64,000 bases of DNA, taken from positions 42,952 through 106,951 of the forward strand of contig CAVOSU010000024.1 of the NCBI GenBank assembly GCA_963698935.1, in the 5' to 3' direction. Source of the stretch: an uncultured Actinomycetes bacterium. Lineage in GTDB: Bacteria; Actinomycetota; Thermoleophilia; Gaiellales; Gaiellaceae. The position numbers were made by a program, and so were the translations under genes. Below, in pieces: positions 57,692 to 64,000 of this stretch. The notes under the pieces were generated by a model. The model saw only the letters and a program-made list of their open reading frames with translations, was not told the DNA's origin and made no database searches. Every line of letters starts with the position of its first letter. Position 1 is the first letter of the stretch.

Positions 57692-58882
57692 ATGCGCCAT
57701 CATCCCGGCGCGATGCTCTACCGCCCCGAGGCGTTCGAGCCCCTCACGGACGTGCCGTGGGACGAGGCCCGGGTCCGGGCCGCGATCGGCCGCGTCGTCG
57801 CCCGCATCGACGCCGCGTTCGACCCCGGCGGGCTTTGGCCGGCGCACGAGTGGGACGCCTGGCAGGCGCCGACGCCGCTTCGGAATCTCTACGTCGGCGC
57901 CGCCGGAGTCGTCTGGGCGCTCGATCGGCTCCGAGGCGGCGGTTACGCCGATACCGGCCTCGACCTCGAGGGGGCGGCGGGGCGGACGCTCGCGGCCTGG
58001 CGCGAGCAGCCCGACTTCATGCGAGGGGCCGAGCTCCCCTCCCGGAAGGAGTCGGCGCTCCTGACGGGAGAGACGGGCATCCTGCTCGTCGCCTGGCGGC
58101 TCACGGGCGATCCGGCCCTCGCGGACGACCTCCTCGCGCGTGTTCGCACGAACGTCGCCAACGAGGCCGAGGAGGTGATGTGGGGAACTCCCGGGACGCT
58201 CGTCGCCGCGCGCCACATGCTCGAGTGGACGGGCGAGGAGCGATGGCGGGATGCGTGCGACGAGAGCGCGGAGGCGCTCTGGTCGCGGCGCGACGAGACG
58301 GGGGTGTGGACGCAGCGGCTCGAGGGGGAGTCATACGTCGGGCTCGCGACGGCGCACGGCTACGTCGGCAACGTCCACGCGCTCAGGCCGTCGCTCGACG
58401 ACGGGCGTCGTGCGAAGCTGGACGGCGAGGCGAACTCCCTGCTCGCTGCCACGGCCCACGTCGAGGAAGGCCTCGCGAACTGGCCGGGCACCGTGCGCGA
58501 CGCGCTGCCCGGGGGTGACGGCCAGATTCGGCTCCAGTGGTGCACAGGCGCCCCGGGGGTCGTGATCGCGGCCGGCGCCTACCTCGAGCCGGAGCTGCTC
58601 CTCGCCGGAGCTCGGCTCACGTGGCGGGCCGGTCCGCCGACGATGGAGAAGGGACACGGCATCTGCCACGGGACGTCCGGGAACGGCTACGCGTTGCTCG
58701 CGGCGTTCGAGCGGACCGGCGACGAGGAGTGGCTCTCCCGCGCCCGCAGGTTCGCGGTGCACGCGCTCGCTCAGGCGGAGGCCGGCCCAGGGCGCTTCTC
58801 GCTCTGGACGGGCGATCCCGGCGCCGCGGTGTTCGCCGCGGATTGCATCGAGGGCCGGGCCCGATACCCGATTCTCGGCTGA
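57692..58882 (+). CDS. LanC-like (lanthionine synthetase C family) protein, stand-alone
   Basis: WCTGAPG, GICHGTSGNGYAL and SLWTGDPG match the LanC/LanCL zinc-site and toroid motifs. The start could be 57692 or 57713. Confidence 0.8.
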   Translation: MRHHPGAMLYRPEAFEPLTDVPWDEARVRAAIGRVVARIDAAFDPGGLWPAHEWDAWQAPTPLRNLYVGAAGVVWALDRLRGGGYADTGLDLEGAAGRTLAAWREQPDFMRGAELPSRKESALLTGETGILLVAWRLTGDPALADDLLARVRTNVANEAEEVMWGTPGTLVAARHMLEWTGEERWRDACDESAEALWSRRDETGVWTQRLEGESYVGLATAHGYVGNVHALRPSLDDGRRAKLDGEANSLLAATAHVEEGLANWPGTVRDALPGGDGQIRLQWCTGAPGVVIAAGAYLEPELLLAGARLTWRAGPPTMEKGHGICHGTSGNGYALLAAFERTGDEEWLSRARRFAVHALAQAEAGPGRFSLWTGDPGAAVFAADCIEGRARYPILG

Positions 58883-58900
58883 GTCGGGGTCCGGGCGGCG

Positions 58901-58906
58901 TAGACT
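58901..58906 (+). promoter_or_regulatory. -10 box, leaderless DAK2/YloV gene
   Basis: TAGACT, 7 nt, GTG 58914. Confidence 0.45.
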
Positions 58907-58913
58907 CGCGCCC

Positions 58914-60518
58914 GTGACCGATCTCGCGAGCACGAGGCGGCTCGCGAGCGCGGCGCTCGCGAACCTCGAGCGGCACCGCCGGCGGATCAACGCGCTCAAT
59001 GTGTATCCGGTGCCCGACGGCGATACGGGCACGAATCTCACGCTGACCGTTCGCGGGATCGTCGACGCGATGGAGCGCTCGCAGGCCGAGACCGCGAAGG
59101 AGCTCGCCGCCGAGGTGCAGCGAGCCGCGACGATGGAGGCGAAGGGCAACTCGGGCGTGATCCTGAGCACGATCGTCCGTGGGATGGCGGCGACCCTCGC
59201 GGACGGAGCGCCCGTCGACGGCGCGCGGCTCGCCGAGGCGCTGCGTACAGGGGTGACGTCCGCGTACGACGCCGTGAAGCACCCGGTCGAGGGGACGATG
59301 CTGACGGTGATCCGCGAGATGGCCGAGGAGGCCGAACGACCCGAGGTCACTGCGCTCTCCATTGCCGACGCGCTGCGGCTGGTCGTGGCCCGCGGCGACG
59401 GCGCCGTCGCCCGGACGCCCGAGCTGCTGGACACGCTGCGCGACGCAGGTGTGGTCGACGCGGGCGGCGTGGGCGTCGTCGAGCTCGCGCGAGGCGTCCT
59501 ACACGAGCTGACGGGCGAGGCGCTCCCCGAGGTTCCCGACGTCGTCGACGAGCTGACGGAGGAGTCGATCCACCAGGAGGAGTCGGCGCGCCGGTTCTGC
59601 ACGACGTTCGTCGTCGAGGGGGACGACCTCGACCTCGACGGGCTCCGCGCGACGCTCGAGAGCCTTGGCGACTCGTTGCTGGTGACCGGTGACGTCTCGG
59701 TCGCGAAGGTCCATGTCCACACCGACGAGCCGGAGCGCGCGCTCGACCTCGGACGCGCGGTCGGCGTGGTCGATCCGGTGCGGATCGAGATCAGCGACAT
59801 GCATAGCCAGGCTGCCGAGCGGGAGCGCTGGCTCGCGCAGCTCCAGGCGGCGGCGACCGCTCCGACGACGTCCACCGCGCTCGTCGCCGTCGCGCAGGGA
59901 AGCGGGAACCGGGAGATTCTTCGCAGCGAAGGCGCGCTGATCGTCGTCGAGGGCGGTCCGACGGCGAACCCTTCCGTCGGTCAGCTGCTCGAGGCGATCA
60001 CCGCGGTCGGCTCCGAGCATGTGATCGTGCTCCCGAACGATCCGAACATCCGCCTCGCTGCAGAACGGGCTGCGGAGGAGTCGACGAAGGAGGTCAGGGT
60101 CGTCGCGACGGCGTCGATCCCGGAGGGCATCGCCGCGGCGCTTCCCTACGACGCGAATGCCGAGATCGATTCCAACGAGGAGGCGATGGACGCCGCGCTT
60201 GCCGGCATCGACGCGGCGGAGATCACCCGCGCCTCGCGCAGCGCGACGGTCGACGGAATCGTCGTGGCCGAGGGAGACTTCCTCGCGCTCGTCGGCGGTC
60301 GCGCCTTCGCGACGGGCGGCGACGTCTGGACGGTCCTCGACGCGGTCGTCGAGCGCTTCGCGACCGACGGGCACTCGTTCGTCCAGGTGCTGCGCGGGGA
60401 CGGATCGCCCGAGGCCGAGGAGATCGCAGCGCGATACGCCGGTCGTGGCGACGGTCTCGAGCTGGACGTCCAGTGGGGCGGGCAGCCGCACTATCCGCTG
60501 CTCCTCTCGGCCGAGTAG
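58914..60518 (+). CDS. DAK2-domain protein of the YloV/FakA (fatty acid kinase ATP-binding subunit) family
   Basis: LNVYPVPDGDTGTNL and AKGNSGVIL form the Dak2 phosphate site. 534 aa; conserved position between rpmB and recG. Confidence 0.85.
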   Translation: MTDLASTRRLASAALANLERHRRRINALNVYPVPDGDTGTNLTLTVRGIVDAMERSQAETAKELAAEVQRAATMEAKGNSGVILSTIVRGMAATLADGAPVDGARLAEALRTGVTSAYDAVKHPVEGTMLTVIREMAEEAERPEVTALSIADALRLVVARGDGAVARTPELLDTLRDAGVVDAGGVGVVELARGVLHELTGEALPEVPDVVDELTEESIHQEESARRFCTTFVVEGDDLDLDGLRATLESLGDSLLVTGDVSVAKVHVHTDEPERALDLGRAVGVVDPVRIEISDMHSQAAERERWLAQLQAAATAPTTSTALVAVAQGSGNREILRSEGALIVVEGGPTANPSVGQLLEAITAVGSEHVIVLPNDPNIRLAAERAAEESTKEVRVVATASIPEGIAAALPYDANAEIDSNEEAMDAALAGIDAAEITRASRSATVDGIVVAEGDFLALVGGRAFATGGDVWTVLDAVVERFATDGHSFVQVLRGDGSPEAEEIAARYAGRGDGLELDVQWGGQPHYPLLLSAE

Positions 60519-60521
60519 CCA

Positions 60522-60899
60522 ATGGCAATCCGCCTGCTGCTCGTCGAGGACAACGACGTGTACCGCTCCTCACTCGAGCTCCTCCTCGGCCTCCAGTCCG
60601 ACCTCGAGGTGGTCGGCGCGGTCGGCTCGGGCGACGAAGCCGCCGAGGCCGGGTCGCGCCTGAGGGCGGATGTCGTGTTGATGGACTACCGGCTGCCGGG
60701 GATCGACGGCGCCGCGGCCACGCGGGCGGTGATCGCGTCGTCCGGCGCTGCGGTCGTGTGCCTCACGGCGGAAGCGACGACGGACGAGCGCGACGAGGTC
60801 CTGCGCGCCGGCGCCGTCGCCCTCGTCGAGAAAGGCGTGCCGATCGAGACGCTGGCCTCCGCGATCCGCGAGGCCGCGTCCCCTCACGACGCCGGTTAG
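60522..60899 (+). CDS. stand-alone response-regulator receiver domain (NarL-type REC, no output domain)
   Basis: LLLVEDND, phospho-acceptor VVLMDYRLPGIDG, CLTAEA, VEKG; 125 aa. Starts 3 nt after the upstream stop. Confidence 0.9.
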   Translation: MAIRLLLVEDNDVYRSSLELLLGLQSDLEVVGAVGSGDEAAEAGSRLRADVVLMDYRLPGIDGAAATRAVIASSGAAVVCLTAEATTDERDEVLRAGAVALVEKGVPIETLASAIREAASPHDAG

Positions 60900-60908
60900 G
60901 GTCCGCGC

Positions 60909-61775
60909 GTGGAGCTCACGCGCGAGAGCACGGCGATCGTGCTCGACTCGACCTCGGACTTCCTCGACGCCCACGAGCGCCACACGAACATGCGGATCGT
61001 GCCGCTGTACGTCCTGTTCGACGGCGTGCCGCTTCGCGACCACATCGACATCGCGCCCGCGGGGTTCTACGAGCGGCTCGCCGCCTCGTCCACGCTGCCG
61101 ACGACCTCCCAGCCGACGCCCGGGGACTTCCTCGCGTCGTACCGGGAGCTTCGGGACGCCGGGTACGAGCGGATCTGGTCGCTGCACATCTCGGCGAAGC
61201 TGTCCGGCACCTACGAGTCCGCCCGGCGCGCCGCGGACGAGCTCGGGGGCGGAGTCGTGCGCGTCGTGGATACCGGTAGCGCCTCCCTCGCCTGCGGGCT
61301 CCTCGCAGAAGCAGTCGACCGCAGGCTCGCACGTGGCACGACGGACGAGGAGGTGGAGGAGCTCATCGCGCGGTTCGAGGGCGCGAGCCGCGTCGTGTTC
61401 ACGACCGCGACCCTCGAGTACCTGCAGAAGGGCGGGCGGATCGGCAAGGCCCAGGCGTTTGCCGGATCGCTTCTGAACGTCAAGCCGATCCTCGAGCTCC
61501 GCCACGGCGTCGTGGAGCCCGTCGGTCGGGTGCGTGGACGGCAGAAGGCCCTGGAGGAGTTCGCGCGCCTCTTCACGGAAGACACGGAGAATCGCGAGGG
61601 CCTGCACACGGCGATCGCCCACGCCAACGCCCCCGAGTGGATCGACGTCCTCACCGACCTCGTCGCGAAGACGCGGCCGAAGGCGACCGTCGACCTCGTC
61701 CAGCTCCTCGGCGCCGTCGTCGGCACCCACACGGGTCCCGGGGCAGTCGGCTTTTTCTGGTTCCAGGATTCCTGA
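60909..61775 (+). CDS. DegV-family fatty-acid-binding protein (FakB-like)
   Basis: AIVLDSTSDF, TSQPTPGDF, LEYLQKGGRIGKA. Confidence 0.9.
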   Translation: MELTRESTAIVLDSTSDFLDAHERHTNMRIVPLYVLFDGVPLRDHIDIAPAGFYERLAASSTLPTTSQPTPGDFLASYRELRDAGYERIWSLHISAKLSGTYESARRAADELGGGVVRVVDTGSASLACGLLAEAVDRRLARGTTDEEVEELIARFEGASRVVFTTATLEYLQKGGRIGKAQAFAGSLLNVKPILELRHGVVEPVGRVRGRQKALEEFARLFTEDTENREGLHTAIAHANAPEWIDVLTDLVAKTRPKATVDLVQLLGAVVGTHTGPGAVGFFWFQDS

Positions 61776-61823
61776 CGCCACCGGGCGGCGGGCTCCGGCC
61801 CCGGGCGAAGCCCGGCTCCGCCC

Positions 61824-61920
61824 GCCTGACGCCGCTGAGCGCGCCGCGCCTTTCGGGTCTGTGCTCCAGCACTATCCCCTCCGGCACGGCGCGCTCAGCG
61901 GCGCCCCGGAGGCGTCAGGC
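61824..61920. repeat. long interrupted inverted repeat in the degV-recG spacer
   Basis: GCCGCTGAGCGCGCCG (61831-61846) pairs with CGGCGCGCTCAGCGGC (61887-61902), a perfect 16 bp. Outer arms are GCCTGACGCC and GGCGTCAGGC. Four copies of GGCTCCG(C/G)CC flank it. Confidence 0.6.
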
Positions 61921-62062
61921 CAGCCGGCTCCGCCAGGCCCGGCCCGGCTCCGCCGGGCCCGGCCCTACACTCGCACCGGTGGCTCCTGCGACGGCCCGCA
62001 CCCGGCTACCCGCCGGTTTCGGCGGGGCGGACCCGCCCGCAACCCTCCCGTGGACGGGGGCC

Positions 62063-64000
62063 GTGCCGCGACCCGAGGTCCTCGAGCTGGGCGTCGAGAC
62101 GCTGGCCGGCGTCGGGCCTGGCCTGCGGCGCAAGCTGGGGCGGCTCGGGATCGCGACGATCGGCGACCTGCTGGCGCATCGGCCGCGGCGCTACGAGTCG
62201 GCGGCGGAGGAGCGCACCGTCGCGTCGCTGTTCGGTGACGACGAGGCGGTGCTCGAGGTCGTCGTCCGCCGCGTCTCGGGCCGTCGCCGTGGGCGGCTCC
62301 ACATCCTCACTGCCCACGTGGCGGACGGGACCGGGGAGATCCGCGCGACGTGGTTCAACCAGCCGTGGCTCGAGACGCAGCTGACGCCGGGGGCGCGCCT
62401 GCGCCTGCGCGGGAAGCGGAACCGCTTCGGGTTTCAGGTCTCGTCCTACGACATCGGCGACGCGGCACAGACGGCCGACTTCGCGCCCGTCTACCCGGCG
62501 ACCGCCGAGCTCGCGCAGAAGACGCTCCGCGGCCTGACCGACCAGGCCCTCGTCCACGCACGGGCGGGAGGCGAGCCGCTCCCTGCCTCTGTCCGCGTCG
62601 ACTCCGCGCTTCCGCTCCGCGGCGACGCTCTCGTCGCGTTGCACAGGCCGCGCTCCGAGGACGACGCCGAGCACGCTCGGCGCCGGCTCGCGCTCGACGA
62701 GCTCCTCGTCCTCCAACTCGCGCTGAAGCGGCGCGCCGCCGAGCGCGAGACGCTCGTCGCGGAGCCGCTCCCTCCGCCCGGTGAGCTCGCAGCCCGGTAT
62801 CGCGACGTACTCCCGTTCACCCTCACCCAGGCGCAGGAGCAGGCGCTCGCGGAGATCGACGCCGACCTCGCTCGCGCGACCCCGATGCAGCGCCTCCTGC
62901 AGGGTGACGTCGGCTCCGGCAAGACCGCGGTGGCCCTCTACACGCTTCTCCGCGCGGTCGAGGCCGGGCGGCAGGGCGCCCTGATGGCGCCGACCGAGAC
63001 GCTGGCCGAGCAGCACTTCCTCACGATCGAGGGGCTCTGCACGGAGCTGGGCGTCCGGGTTGCGCTCCTCACGTCGAGCATCACGGCGAAGGAACGGCGT
63101 GCAACCCACCAGCTCGTCGCCTCCGGCGACGTGGGCATCGCGGTCGGGACACACGCGCTGATCCAGCGTGAGGTGGAGTTCGCGGACCTCGCGGTCGCAG
63201 TGGTGGACGAGCAGCACCGCTTCGGCGTCGAGCAGCGCGCGGCGCTCGTCGAACGGCGGAGCCCGCACGTCCTCCACATGACCGCGACGCCGATCCCGCG
63301 AACCCTCGCCCTGACGGTCTACGGCGACCTTGCGGTCTCGGAGATCGCGGCGCCGCCTGCGAACCGGAAGCCGATCGTCACGGCGTGGGTTACGGAGGAG
63401 CGGAGCTCCGACGCGTACTCGCGACTGCGCCGCCACCTCGACGAGGGACGGCAGGCGTACGTCGTCTGCCCGCTCGTGGAGGGGTCGGAGACGACACTCG
63501 CGCGTGCGGCCGAGGACGAGGCAGCGCGGCTGCGCGTCAACGAGCTGCGCGGCTACCGCGTCGGCTGCGTGCACGGCCGGCTGAAGACCGGCGAGCGAAG
63601 AGCCGTGATGGCCGCATTCAGGGCGGGCGAGCTCGACGTCCTCGTAGCGACGACGGTGATCGAGGTCGGCGTCGACGTCCCCAACGCGACGATCATGATC
63701 GTTCAGGAGGCCGACCGGTTCGGGCTCGCCCAGCTCCACCAGCTGCGCGGCCGCGTGGGTCGCGGAGCCGAGCAGTCGTACTGCCTCCTCGTCTCGCGCG
63801 CACATGACGAGCTCTCCGAGACGGCCCTCGAGCGCCTCGAGGCGATGGTCTCGACGACCGACGGCTTCGAGCTCGCCGAACGCGACCTCGAAATCCGGGG
63901 CGAGGGGCAGCTCGTCGGCGCGCGGCAATCGGGGCTCACCGACCTCCGCTTCACGCGGCTCCGCGCGGACCGGGACCTGCTCGAGCAGGCGCGGGAGATC
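62063..64000 (+). CDS. recG: ATP-dependent DNA helicase RecG (3' end outside window)
   Basis: Frame is open from GTG 62063 to the window edge (not in the ORF track because it has no stop). LAGVGPGLRRKLGRLGI, Walker A GDVGSGKTAV, VVDEQHRFGV, QLHQLRGRVGRG. Confidence 0.9.
   Translation, partial: MPRPEVLELGVETLAGVGPGLRRKLGRLGIATIGDLLAHRPRRYESAAEERTVASLFGDDEAVLEVVVRRVSGRRRGRLHILTAHVADGTGEIRATWFNQPWLETQLTPGARLRLRGKRNRFGFQVSSYDIGDAAQTADFAPVYPATAELAQKTLRGLTDQALVHARAGGEPLPASVRVDSALPLRGDALVALHRPRSEDDAEHARRRLALDELLVLQLALKRRAAERETLVAEPLPPPGELAARYRDVLPFTLTQAQEQALAEIDADLARATPMQRLLQGDVGSGKTAVALYTLLRAVEAGRQGALMAPTETLAEQHFLTIEGLCTELGVRVALLTSSITAKERRATHQLVASGDVGIAVGTHALIQREVEFADLAVAVVDEQHRFGVEQRAALVERRSPHVLHMTATPIPRTLALTVYGDLAVSEIAAPPANRKPIVTAWVTEERSSDAYSRLRRHLDEGRQAYVVCPLVEGSETTLARAAEDEAARLRVNELRGYRVGCVHGRLKTGERRAVMAAFRAGELDVLVATTVIEVGVDVPNATIMIVQEADRFGLAQLHQLRGRVGRGAEQSYCLLVSRAHDELSETALERLEAMVSTTDGFELAERDLEIRGEGQLVGARQSGLTDLRFTRLRADRDLLEQAREI

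Noticed and set aside
62006-63928. 640-aa ORF on the minus strand
   Set aside because: It is an antisense shadow of recG. The plus-strand frame from 62063 carries the helicase motifs GSGKT, DEQH and QLRGRVGRG. The minus-strand product is Arg/Asp/Glu/Leu-rich with no motifs.

Overview
Very GC-rich (by eye roughly 70% or more, not computed), gene-dense bacterial chromosome segment. About 60 protein genes are supported. I recognised no rRNA, tRNA, CRISPR array, transposase, integrase or prophage gene. Gene order (cmk-plsC-der-gpsA, metK...priA, def-fmt-rsmB-rpe-ribD-ribE-ribBA-ribH, rpmB...yloV...recG) matches the conserved Actinomycetota core layout. The taxon is an inference, not a search result.

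Layout:
- 1-13.8 kb: a PQQ/copper redox island. It holds two PQQ dehydrogenases, a di-cupredoxin, a six-gene MoxR/DUF58/VWA module, CopCD, CsoR and an ABC-2 exporter.
- 13.8-64 kb: mostly housekeeping genes. These include nei, aceE, rsgA, dnaE, lgt, scpAB, trpS, aromatic amino-acid genes, metK, priA, the rib operon, rpmB, a fatty-acid-kinase-like pair and recG.

Most notable observations:
1. A previously unannotated ~102-nt repeat with three hairpins occurs six times. All copies are intergenic or at gene 3' ends. They carry compensatory base-pair changes, four copies start on the base right after a stop codon, and one copy supplies the last 15 codons and the stop of metK.
2. The gene order PQQ-DH, cupredoxin, MoxR, DUF58, X, VWA, X, VWA, PQQ-DH mirrors the methylotroph mxaRSACKL maturation cluster.
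3. At least 15 starts follow a leaderless architecture (TANNNT, 6-8 nt, start codon). This helps fix start codons.
4. trpS has a leader with a leaderless 24-codon uORF containing a Trp codon. The uORF stop abuts a hairpin that sequesters the trpS Shine-Dalgarno (SD) sequence.
5. A stand-alone receiver domain sits between the FakA-like (DAK2/YloV) and FakB-like (DegV) genes, and an orphan LanC-like gene lies beside them.
6. Five clear and one probable 1-nt frame disruptions occur in conserved genes, all at short G/C runs. This pattern looks like assembly indels rather than biology.

Many long Arg-rich ORFs in the track are antisense or out-of-frame shadows typical of high-GC DNA and were not called.
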